DNA from: Acidimicrobiia bacterium
Lineage (GTDB): Bacteria; Actinomycetota; Acidimicrobiia; IMCC26256; JBBRZM01
Reading direction: 5' to 3'
DNA length: 28,086 nucleotides
Assembly (NCBI GenBank): GCA_036386195.1
Contig: DASVIY010000306.1
Span: forward strand, 1 to 28,086
Under the pieces are notes generated by a model. It searched no databases. It saw only the letters and a list, made by a program, of their open reading frames with translations, and was not told the origin of the DNA. A program made the position numbers and the translations under genes. Of the stretch, positions 17,660 through 25,703 are shown piece by piece (position 1 is the first letter of the stretch; every line of letters begins with the position of its first letter).

Positions 17660-18933
17660 CAGCTGATGTCGTCGGGCAGCTCGAACAGCGCGGCGAGCGC
17701 GTCGGCGTAGAGCTCGCCCCGGGCGGTACCGGCTGCATCCTTCACGACGACGGTCGGGTCGTGCAGCAGCTTGTTGACGATTCCCTTCGACAATGCCTCG
17801 ATCGCCTCGCGAGTCTCGGGGTCGAGCGCGCCGAGCCGGGAGCGAAAACGCTCGAGCTCGCCGAGACGCACGTCTTCGCCCCGGGTGCGCAGCGCCGTGA
17901 TCAATGGCGCGACCTCCCGGACCGAACGCTCGAGTCGGTAGCGCTCCAGCTCGTCGGTGATCACGCGCCGCACGTTGACGACCTCCTGGCGGCGCTGCGC
18001 GAGTGATTGCTCGGCAAAGCCGCGCAGGTCGTCGATGTCGAGCAGCGTGACACCGAAGATCTCGCCGACCCCGGGGTCGATATCCCGTGGGACCGCGACG
18101 TCGACGACGAGCAGCGCACGACCGTCACGCCGGCGCATGACGGCCTCGATCTCATCGCGCGCGAGCAGCACGTCGGTCGCCGCGGTCGAAGCGAGCAGCA
18201 CATCGGCAACTTCGAGCGCAGCGGGCACCGCCTCGAGACCGATCGACCGCCCGCCGACCCGCTTTGCGAGCGCAATCGCCCGCGCAGGCGTGCGGTTGGC
18301 GACGACAACGTCGCCCACACCGGCGCCGGCCAGCGCGACCGCCATGCCCTCGCCCACGTCGCCCGCCCCGAGCACGAGCACCGTGCGCCCGGAGAGGGTG
18401 CCGAGCCGCTCGGCCGCAACCGCAACCGCGGCCGACGAGATCGACACCGCGTTGCGGCCGATCGCGGTTTCGGTGCGCGACCGTTTCCCGACCTTCACCG
18501 CTTGACGAAAGACGCGCGAGAGCATCTGGCCGGTCGTGCCCTCGTGCTCCGCGATCAGCCACGCCTCGCGCACCTGGCCGAGGATCTCGCCTTCACCGAT
18601 GATCATCGAGTCGACGCCCGCAGCGACGCCAAAGAGGTGAGCGACCGCGGCCTCGTCGTGGTACGTGTAGACGTGTTCGGCGAAGTCGATCGGATCGGAC
18701 GACGACAGCGAGGTGAGAAAGTCGAGAACGTTCTGCACCGCCGGGTGGAACTGCGTGCTGCGCGCGTAGATCTCGGTGCGGTTGCACGTCGACAACACGA
18801 CGACTTCCGCGAGGTTCTCGCTCTGCACGAGCGAATGGAGCGCCTTGGGGAGCTCGGCGGACGGCACGGCCATCCGCTCGAGAATCTCCACCGGCACGGT
18901 GCGGTGGTTGAGTCCGACTACGACGAGAGACAC
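17659..18933 (-). CDS. hemA: Glutamyl-tRNA reductase, 424 aa
   Basis: Start GTG 18933 (VSLVVVGLNHRT); STCNRTE; GVDSMIIGEGEILGQVR; LGAGDVG; DVAVPRDID. Confidence 0.96.
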   Translation of the reverse strand: MSLVVVGLNHRTVPVEILERMAVPSAELPKALHSLVQSENLAEVVVLSTCNRTEIYARSTQFHPAVQNVLDFLTSLSSSDPIDFAEHVYTYHDEAAVAHLFGVAAGVDSMIIGEGEILGQVREAWLIAEHEGTTGQMLSRVFRQAVKVGKRSRTETAIGRNAVSISSAAVAVAAERLGTLSGRTVLVLGAGDVGEGMAVALAGAGVGDVVVANRTPARAIALAKRVGGRSIGLEAVPAALEVADVLLASTAATDVLLARDEIEAVMRRRDGRALLVVDVAVPRDIDPGVGEIFGVTLLDIDDLRGFAEQSLAQRRQEVVNVRRVITDELERYRLERSVREVAPLITALRTRGEDVRLGELERFRSRLGALDPETREAIEALSKGIVNKLLHDPTVVVKDAAGTARGELYADALAALFELPDDIS

Positions 18934-19568
18934 GCCTGCAGCAACTCCTTGGCCTCGTCGATCCGGCCGGCGCGAATCAGTTCGAGCATGCCGGAATCGA
19001 GCGCCCCTTGCCAGTTGGCGTCTTCGCTCGAACGCCCCGAGTCTCGCAAGGATTCCCGCGCTTGTGCGAGCACCTCGAGCAGGATCTCGTACTCGGGCCC
19101 GATCTCGGCGCCCAGTTGCTGCCTGAGCCACGCCGCCAACGCCGGACTGCGACCTCCGGTGCCGATCGTCAGCACCAGGTCACCACGCCGTATGACGGAC
19201 ATCAGCGTGAACGAGCAGTTCGCGGGGTCGTCGGCGGCGTTGACCCACGTGCCGCGCTGCTCCCCGGCCGCGAACACTGCCCGGTTGACCGCGGGATCGT
19301 CGGTCGCCGTGGTCGCCAACCAGGCGCCGTCGAGGTCGGACGGCGCGAACGATCGCTCGTCGGCCGTGAGCCGACCGGCGTCGCGCCAGACGCGGACGTC
19401 GTCGCCGAGCCTCGGCGCGACGACATGGACTCTTGCGCCGGCGTCGAGCAACGCATCGATCTTGCGCGCCGCGATGCGGCCGGCGCCGACGACGACGCAG
19501 CGCCGACCTTCGACGACCAAGTTGACCGGGTATCCCGACAGCGCGCGGCGACCCGCGGGAGCGCTCAT
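18918..19568 (-). CDS. sirC: Precorrin-2 dehydrogenase / sirohydrochlorin ferrochelatase family (SirC / CysG N-terminal-like), 216 aa
   Basis: ATG 19568 overlaps rex stop (ATGA); YPVNL, VVVGAGRIAARK, ATDDPAVN, VNAADDPANCSF, IGTGGRSPALA. Confidence 0.88.
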   Translation of the reverse strand: MSAPAGRRALSGYPVNLVVEGRRCVVVGAGRIAARKIDALLDAGARVHVVAPRLGDDVRVWRDAGRLTADERSFAPSDLDGAWLATTATDDPAVNRAVFAAGEQRGTWVNAADDPANCSFTLMSVIRRGDLVLTIGTGGRSPALAAWLRQQLGAEIGPEYEILLEVLAQARESLRDSGRSSEDANWQGALDSGMLELIRAGRIDEAKELLQACLSS

Positions 19569-20227
19569 CCGGCAGCCGCGCCCGCGTCCGGCCCGGGCTC
19601 TTTGCGCTCTTGGTAGAACGACAGGATCTGCAACTCGATCGCCAGATCCACTTTGCGCAGCGACACGCCGTTGGGAACATTCACGACCGCGGGCGCGAAG
19701 TTGAGGATCGACGTCACACCCGCCGCGACCATCTGGTCGGCGACCTTCTGCGCCTCGGGCGCGGGTGTGGCGATGATGCCGATGGCGATGTTGCGGGCGG
19801 CGACAAGCGCGGGGAGATCTGCGAGCGCCTCGATGGTCAGCCCGTCGACGCGCTGTCCGACCTTCGCGGCATCGGCGTCGACGAGCGCCGCGATCTTGAA
19901 GCCGCGCGCGCCGAAGCCGCGGTAGTTCGCGAGTGCATGCCCGAGGTTGCCGACACCGACGATCGCGACCGGCCATTCGTGCGTCAGCCCGAGCTCTCGT
20001 GAGATCTGGTGGAGAAGGAACTCGACGTCGTACCCGACACCGCGGGTGCCGTAGGACCCGAGGTACGAGAGATCCTTGCGCACCTTCGCCGCGTTGACGC
20101 CGGCGAGCTGGGCGAGCCGCTCCGACGAGACCGTGCTGACCTGCTCCTCGACGGTCTCGAGCAAGGCCCGGTAGTAGAGGGGTAGCCGGGCGACGGTCGC
20201 CTCGGGAATCCGCCGTGCCTCGGAAAT
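19565..20227 (-). CDS. rex: Redox-sensing transcriptional repressor Rex (start placed at ATT 20227; see findings)
   Basis: IPEATVARLPLY, SSERLA, VRKDLSYLGSYGTRGVGY, VGVGNLG, ILNFAP, VDLAIELQIL; directly upstream of hemA cluster. Confidence 0.95.
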   Translation of the reverse strand: MSEARRIPEATVARLPLYYRALLETVEEQVSTVSSERLAQLAGVNAAKVRKDLSYLGSYGTRGVGYDVEFLLHQISRELGLTHEWPVAIVGVGNLGHALANYRGFGARGFKIAALVDADAAKVGQRVDGLTIEALADLPALVAARNIAIGIIATPAPEAQKVADQMVAAGVTSILNFAPAVVNVPNGVSLRKVDLAIELQILSFYQERKEPGPDAGAAAG

Positions 20228-20286
20228 GGTGTCGCTCCTGCTGCCAGGGCCGGGCCGACCCGAGCCGATACCCAAGGATACCGAGC

Positions 20287-20304
20287 TTGTGCACGTGTTC
20301 TCAA
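20287..20304. promoter_or_regulatory. Rex operator (ROP) TTGTGCACGTGTTCTCAA
   Basis: Matches TTGTGAA-N4-TTCACAA with 2 mismatches; located 60 nt upstream of rex. Confidence 0.75.
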
Positions 20305-20366
20305 AGTCTGGGCAGGGGGCGCGCGGCTGCCGCACTGACGCACGGCGCCGTTACGCTCACCAGTCC

Positions 20367-21116
20367 ATGGTGTCCGGACTCGCGTTCCTCGCGACCGCAG
20401 TGTCGTCACTGTTCGCGGAAGCGACGCTGGTCCGCTACCTCCGCCGCCGCAAGCCACACGAGCTTGCGTGGACGATCGCACTCGCGATGTTCGCGGTCGC
20501 ATCCGCAGCGCTCGCCACGGGCGCGTCGACCGGCTGGGACAACGGCACGTTCCGCGCCTTCTACCTCCTGGGCGCAGTGCTGAACGTTCCGTGGTTGGCG
20601 CTCGGCACCGTGTATCTCCTGTTCGGCACCAAAGCCGGACGGCGCGTGCAGTGGGGGCTGGTGCTCTTCACCGGTCTCGCGATCGGCGTGATGCTCAGCG
20701 CGCCGATGACGGCAGTGCCGCGCGACTCGATTCCGGTCGGCAAGAACGTGTTCGACGTGCTCCCCCGTGTGCTGGCTGCAGCAGGAAGCGGGCTCGGCGC
20801 GCTCGTGATCTTCGGCGGCGCGGTCTACTCCGCGGCACGGTTCGCGCGGGATCGGAGCACGCCCGGCAGCGCGCGGCTCGCCGCCGCGAACGCGCTCATC
20901 GCGCTGGGCACGATCGTGTTGTCGAGTGGCGGGCTCGTGCAAGGCATCGTCGGGCACGACGAAGCCTTCGCGTTGAGTCTCGCGATCGGGATCAGCGTGA
21001 TCTACTCGGGCTTCCTGGTCTCGACCTATGAACCGCGTGCGGTCAACGTGGCACCCGCGTCAACCATCCATGCGCAGCTTGCGGCGGAGCACCTTCCCGA
21101 CCAGCGTGCGGGGTAG
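20367..21116 (+). CDS. Hypothetical 7-TM integral membrane protein, 249 aa
   Basis: Start ATG 20367 in ORF 20226..21116; seven hydrophobic segments; TACGCT -10-like hexamer at 20352-20357. Confidence 0.75.
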   Translation: MVSGLAFLATAVSSLFAEATLVRYLRRRKPHELAWTIALAMFAVASAALATGASTGWDNGTFRAFYLLGAVLNVPWLALGTVYLLFGTKAGRRVQWGLVLFTGLAIGVMLSAPMTAVPRDSIPVGKNVFDVLPRVLAAAGSGLGALVIFGGAVYSAARFARDRSTPGSARLAAANALIALGTIVLSSGGLVQGIVGHDEAFALSLAIGISVIYSGFLVSTYEPRAVNVAPASTIHAQLAAEHLPDQRAG

Positions 21117-22535
21117 CTCGTCGACCACCTCGATGCGTGTGGGGCATTTGTAACGAGCGAGAGCAGCGGCCGAGAACTCCTGCAACGTCTCGGGGGACGG
21201 ATGACGTCCCGGTTCGGGCACCACGTAGGCGACAATCGTCTCGCCGGTGCGGTCGTTCGGCTCGCCGACGACTCCGGCTTCCAAGACGTCGGGGTGTGCG
21301 CGCAGCACGGCCTCCACCTCCGCCGGAAACACGTTGAACCCCGACACGATGATCAGATCCTTGGCCCGGTCGACGAGCGAGAGCTGACCGCGGTCGCCCG
21401 AGACGGCCATGTCACCGGTGCGCAACCAGCCGTCGGGCGTCAGTGCATGCGCGGTCGCTTCGGAATCGTCCCAGTAGCCCGGGAACACATTGGGTCCGTG
21501 ACACCAGAGCTCGCCCGGGTCACCGGGCAGCACGTCGGCTCCATCTCCATCGACCAGCCGCACGTCGACTCCGGGCAACGGCGGCCCGATCGACCCCCGC
21601 GTGGGCGGGCCGCCCAACAACGCCGATGTCGTGACGATGGGCGATGCCTCCGTGAGGCCGTAACCCTCGTACACCGAAACGCCGAAACGTTCGCTCATCC
21701 CCCGTGCTACTTCTTCGCGAAGCGGCGCGGCGCCCGACACCGCGAGCCGAACCGACGCAAAGGAATCGGCCGGCGCGTCGGCGACGGCGAGCCACTGCGC
21801 GTACATCGTCGGCACGGCCAGGACGATCGTGACGTGCTCGCGGCGGATCACGTCGAGCGTGGCCGCCGCGTCGAAATGGGCGACCGGCACGAGGCTTCCA
21901 CCAGAGGCGAGCACCAGTCCGAGCACGCCGTTGAGCCCGAAGATGTGGAAGAACGGCAGCGCGCCGAGGCCGACGTCGTCGGGGCGGATCGCCAAGCCAG
22001 GATGCGCTTGCACCTGACCGATGTTCGCCGCGAGATTGCCGTGCGTGAGCATGGCGGCCTTCGGAGGCCCGGCTGTGCCCGACGTGAACAGCAGCACCGC
22101 GACATCGTCGTCGGCTCGGTCGACGGTTGCGGCAATCGGCTCGATGTCGTCGAGCCCCTGCCCGCCGGCGCTGACAACGACCGCCTCGACACCCGCGAAG
22201 CCGACATCCGCGAGGGCCTCACTGTCACAGAGCACCGCCTTCGGTGCGGTTGGACGCATCTCGCGGCGAACCTCGGCCGGCGGCGACGTGGGATTCAACG
22301 GCACCGCGATCGCGCCCGCTTGCAACACCGCGAGATACGCGACGACGAACGGCTCGCCGTTGGCAGCGGCGAGTGCCACGCGGTCGCCCGGCGCGATACC
22401 CGCGCCGACGAGACGCGCCGCGAGGCGAGCCGAGCGATCGGCGAGCTCGGCGTAGGTGACAGTCGACTCACCTCGTAGCGCCGGCGCGGACGGCGTCGCC
22501 GCCGCGGGTGTCAGCAGCAGGTCGGCGAGGTTCAT
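21060..22535 (-). CDS. AMP-binding enzyme, long-chain fatty acid-CoA ligase family
   Basis: FTSGTAGPPKAAMLTH, YGLTEASP, TGD, IIVSGFNVFPAEVE, LPRTLVGKVLR. Confidence 0.9.
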   Translation of the reverse strand: MNLADLLLTPAAATPSAPALRGESTVTYAELADRSARLAARLVGAGIAPGDRVALAAANGEPFVVAYLAVLQAGAIAVPLNPTSPPAEVRREMRPTAPKAVLCDSEALADVGFAGVEAVVVSAGGQGLDDIEPIAATVDRADDDVAVLLFTSGTAGPPKAAMLTHGNLAANIGQVQAHPGLAIRPDDVGLGALPFFHIFGLNGVLGLVLASGGSLVPVAHFDAAATLDVIRREHVTIVLAVPTMYAQWLAVADAPADSFASVRLAVSGAAPLREEVARGMSERFGVSVYEGYGLTEASPIVTTSALLGGPPTRGSIGPPLPGVDVRLVDGDGADVLPGDPGELWCHGPNVFPGYWDDSEATAHALTPDGWLRTGDMAVSGDRGQLSLVDRAKDLIIVSGFNVFPAEVEAVLRAHPDVLEAGVVGEPNDRTGETIVAYVVPEPGRHPSPETLQEFSAAALARYKCPTRIEVVDELPRTLVGKVLRRKLRMDG

Positions 22536-23833
22536 CCGAGAAACGCTCCTTCATGCCGCAGGACCGCCTGCAGCTCGGCGACGTCGATGCCGGAGACTGC
22601 CACGTCAGCGCGGGCCGCGAGCGCTGCCGCGCTCCCGGCGGCTTGACCGAGCGCGAGGCTCGGTCCCATCACGCGTGTGGACGCCAGCGCGTCGTGGTCG
22701 GCCGAGATGCACCGACCCGCCACCAACACGTTGCGTGGCCCCCGTGGGCACAGGCTCCGGTAGGGCACCTGGTAGTACTGGCCCGCCGGCATGAAGCGGT
22801 ACTCGGTCGACCGTCCGTCCACGTGGTACTCCTGCGGCCAGGCGCCGGCCGCGATCCCGTCATCGAACCGGGCGCCGGCCTCGACTTCCGCGCCGCTGAG
22901 CACATAGTCGCCGACGACCCGGCGGGTTTCGCGCACGCCGAGGGCCGTGGCGGTGTCCGCGAGAAACGCATCACCGAATCCGGGCACGTGTTCGCGGAGA
23001 AACGCGGCCGCCTGCTCGGCGAGGCGGCGTCCCTCGAACTCACCCCACGTCGCCTGCCGCACATCGGTCACGTCGATCGGTGACCCGTCGGGATTCCGGA
23101 CCCGCGTCATCGCGCCGATGAACTCACCGGGACGCAGCGTCGGAAGGATCGCGCCCGAGTCGCGAGAGAGGTGCCCGCCGTGCTGCGCGATCAGCTCGCC
23201 GAGCGAGGGCACGGCCGCGATCGCCGCTTCCGAGTCGACGTGTTGCATGACGAACTGCATCGACGCGAACTGGCGTGCGCCGGGCGGACCGAGCTCGGTC
23301 GGCGCGCCGGCAAACGTCGCCACGTCGGCGTCGCCCGTACAGTCGACGAAGACCTTGCCCTGCACGACTTGCGGTCCACGTTTCGTCGCGAGCACGAGGC
23401 CGCGCACATCGCCGTCGTCGACGACGACGCCGCCGACGAGCGAGTGCAGCAAGACGTCGAGTGTCTCCTCGGAGCTCACGAGCTGGTCGGCAAGACGCTT
23501 CGCCGCCCACGGCGCGTACAGGAACACCGCGCTCTCTTTGAACGGCACCGGCCCGATCCCACCGCCGGCGCCGGCGAGCGCTTGTGCGAACTCCTTCGCG
23601 ATGCCGCCCACGACGAAGTCGAACCCGTCGCCTTCGGCGACGTAGAGCCCGCAGATCGTGCCGACCGCCGCGACAGTGAAGTTGCCGCCGAGGAACCCGT
23701 AGCGCTCGCAGAGCACGACCCGCGCACCGAGTCGGGCGGCTGCGATCGCGGCGCCGAGCCCCGCCGGCCCTCCGCCGGCGACGACGACGTCGGCTTCGGC
23801 GATGACCTCGGCGTCGGTGGCCGGCACGAGCAC
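22532..23833 (-). CDS. FAD-dependent oxidoreductase (FAD_oxidored-like); probable leaderless GTG start 23833 (alternative ATG 23857)
   Basis: DVVVAGGGPAGLGAAIAAARLG, GFLGGN, FVDCTGDADVA, GVRETRRVVGDY, VPYRSLCP, LVAGRCISADH; TACGAT at 23840-23845 six nt before the GTG. Confidence 0.87.
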   Translation of the reverse strand: MLVPATDAEVIAEADVVVAGGGPAGLGAAIAAARLGARVVLCERYGFLGGNFTVAAVGTICGLYVAEGDGFDFVVGGIAKEFAQALAGAGGGIGPVPFKESAVFLYAPWAAKRLADQLVSSEETLDVLLHSLVGGVVVDDGDVRGLVLATKRGPQVVQGKVFVDCTGDADVATFAGAPTELGPPGARQFASMQFVMQHVDSEAAIAAVPSLGELIAQHGGHLSRDSGAILPTLRPGEFIGAMTRVRNPDGSPIDVTDVRQATWGEFEGRRLAEQAAAFLREHVPGFGDAFLADTATALGVRETRRVVGDYVLSGAEVEAGARFDDGIAAGAWPQEYHVDGRSTEYRFMPAGQYYQVPYRSLCPRGPRNVLVAGRCISADHDALASTRVMGPSLALGQAAGSAAALAARADVAVSGIDVAELQAVLRHEGAFLG

Positions 23834-23992
23834 GCCGGGATCGTAGCCACGGCACATCGGTCCTGCTTCCGGACCGGAATATCACCCATTGTGGCTGAAT
23901 ACCTCAAGGAGTGAGATCCCACCGCCGATCCTTTCTTTGAGGTTCCCCGCAAGCGTGGGGAGCGAGGGGCAATGGGATGCAGGAGCGGGCGA

Positions 23993-24607
23993 ATGCGGCG
24001 AATCGCGCTGGTGGCACTGGCGGCCCTCGCCGCGACCATGCTCGTGCCGGTTTCGACTGCTGCAGCGACCGACCCGGGTCCCGAGGCCGACTTCGTCGCC
24101 CGGACCAACGACCTCCGGGCCACCCAGGGGCTTCCGCCGCTCGAGGTCGACGGGATGCTCACCGCGAAAGCGCGGGCATGGGCCCAAACGATGGCCGACG
24201 CACATCACATCTTTCATTCGCATCTCTCGGACGGAGTGAGCGCCGGCTGGCATCGCCTCGGCGAGAACGTGGGCACGGGGCCGAGCGTGGACGCGATCCA
24301 CACAGCACTCGTTCATTCACCCGAGCACTACAGAAATCTCATGGATCCGGGGTTCCGGTACGTGGGTGTGGGCGTAGTGAACATCAACGGGACGATCTTC
24401 GTCTCGGAAGTGTTCATGGAACTAGCCTCCCAGCCCGCCCCAAGCACGTCCGCTTCTGCGGCCGGAACCCCGTCTTCGTCGGCGCACAAGGCAGCGGCTG
24501 CAGCACCTCGGTACGCCGCGCCTGCGCCGCTCCCACCACCGCCACCTCACGCCGCACGTGAGCTCGTGACGACCATCGCCAGGCTCCGGGGTCTCGACCC
24601 GAGCTGA
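23993..24607 (+). CDS. Secreted CAP (SCP) domain protein with Ala/Pro-rich C-terminus
   Basis: AGGAG RBS 7 nt before ATG; signal peptide ending AAA; TNDLRATQGLPPL, HS, GENVG, SPEHYRNLMDPGFRYVGVG. Confidence 0.9.
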   Translation: MRRIALVALAALAATMLVPVSTAAATDPGPEADFVARTNDLRATQGLPPLEVDGMLTAKARAWAQTMADAHHIFHSHLSDGVSAGWHRLGENVGTGPSVDAIHTALVHSPEHYRNLMDPGFRYVGVGVVNINGTIFVSEVFMELASQPAPSTSASAAGTPSSSAHKAAAAAPRYAAPAPLPPPPPHAARELVTTIARLRGLDPS

Positions 24608-24624
24608 GCGACCGGTCTTTCAAT

Positions 24625-24668
24625 GTTTGTGCAATCAGGTGCCCTATAGGGGCCACGATTGCACAAAC
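24625..24668. terminator. 44-nt palindrome between convergent genes; bidirectional terminator or REP-like element
   Basis: GTTTGTGCAATC...GATTGCACAAAC perfect 12-bp arms, inner CCCTA/TAGGG. Confidence 0.65.
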
Positions 24669-24684
24669 GCTTGGGGGACAGACG

Positions 24685-24777
24685 TTACGGGCCCACCCTC
24701 AGCACGAACTGCAGGAACGCCGCGCCCAGGATGAGCACGAGCAGGACGGCGATTGCGATCGTGGTGCCCGGCCTCAT
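24685..24777 (-). CDS. 30-aa single-TM small protein MRPGTTIAIAVLLVLILGAAFLQFVLRVGP
   Basis: ATG overlaps the TGA of the upstream gene (ATGA); GGCGGA/GGA upstream; one uninterrupted hydrophobic helix. Confidence 0.6.
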   Translation of the reverse strand: MRPGTTIAIAVLLVLILGAAFLQFVLRVGP

Positions 24778-25625
24778 TCCGCCTGCTCCTGCGCCGGGGG
24801 CGCCGCGACCCCCGGGCCCGACACCGTGACCGCCGAGCCCGTCTTCAGCTGCAACGCGGTCGCGGCCGACTCGCGATCGAGGGCGAGCGAGGCCAGCCCG
24901 TACGAATCGACGACCAGCACCAGCTCCGACGGCTTGGCGTCCGCGTAGGCCTCGACCCAGCGTGCGCTGCGCGTCGTGTCGTGGGTGCGCACCTCGATCG
25001 ATTGACCGGGGCCTGCACCCAACGCGGCGAGCTCGACCGGATCGATGTTGAGCTGACAGTTGCCGAAGTGATCGACCCACCAGACCTCGCCGGCGATGGA
25101 ACCGTCAGGGTCGGATTGCGGCAGCGAAACCATGCCCGGCATCAGCGAGGACGGATCGACTTCTTCGCCGAGTGACGTCACGGGCACGCCAGACGCGAGA
25201 TGCCCGGCGGCCGGTGAGAGCACGTCTCGCCCCGCGAACGTGGCGCCGGGCGCCGGGATCCGGTGCTCCAAGCTGGTGAGGGCGACGACCCGTTGCGCGC
25301 CCCCGAGCATTGCCACTGCCGGTGCGAGCAACCCGTTGTCGGGGCCGAGAAACACCGCTTGCTCCACCTCGACGGCGAGCAGCCGCCGATCGGTTCCGAC
25401 ACCCGGATCGACGACCGCGAGCACGATCCCGTGCTCGGGCAGATACTGGACGGCGCGGCTCAGCGCGAGCGCGCCGGCGCGCACGTCGTGGGCCGGAATC
25501 TCGTGGGTGAGGTCGATGATCTGCAGATCGGGTGCGAGGCCGAGCATCACCGACTTGCACACACCGACAAACTCGTCGGCGAGGCCGTAGTCACTGAGGA
25601 ACGAGACGAATGGTCGAACCGCCAC
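24774..25625 (-). CDS. SAM hydroxide adenosyltransferase / SAM-dependent halogenase family protein (DUF62)
   Basis: FLSDYG, DLTHEIP, AVVDPGVGTDR, GPDNGLL, TFAGRD, VDHFGN. Confidence 0.9.
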   Translation of the reverse strand: MAVRPFVSFLSDYGLADEFVGVCKSVMLGLAPDLQIIDLTHEIPAHDVRAGALALSRAVQYLPEHGIVLAVVDPGVGTDRRLLAVEVEQAVFLGPDNGLLAPAVAMLGGAQRVVALTSLEHRIPAPGATFAGRDVLSPAAGHLASGVPVTSLGEEVDPSSLMPGMVSLPQSDPDGSIAGEVWWVDHFGNCQLNIDPVELAALGAGPGQSIEVRTHDTTRSARWVEAYADAKPSELVLVVDSYGLASLALDRESAATALQLKTGSAVTVSGPGVAAPPAQEQAE

Positions 25626-25703
25626 GATGCTCCGGGCTCAGGGTCGGGGGCGGGCCGCAAACGTATCGCTCGTGATGCAGACCGCTTGCGTCGGAGACCG
25701 CGC

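Noticed and set aside
15297-19704. Long plus-strand ORFs (740 aa, 565 aa) and similar ones such as 153..1016, 830..2038, 5420..6976, 14230..15561, 21201..22478
   Set aside because: Antisense shadows of well-supported genes; Arg/Ala-rich with no motifs, as expected in high-GC DNA.
21060-22535. AMP-binding enzyme as MenE, given the respiratory context
   Set aside because: No other men genes adjacent and motifs are generic for acyl-CoA ligases; cannot be supported.
23890-23970. GCTGAAT upstream of the CAP gene suggesting a c-di-AMP (ydaO) riboswitch
   Set aside because: The GGGGAACC/GGGGTGAAT and GTCAGCTAACC elements are missing.
24774-25625. Calling the DUF62 gene a true fluorinase/chlorinase
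   Set aside because: Halogenase-specific residues not recognised and no secondary-metabolite cluster context.
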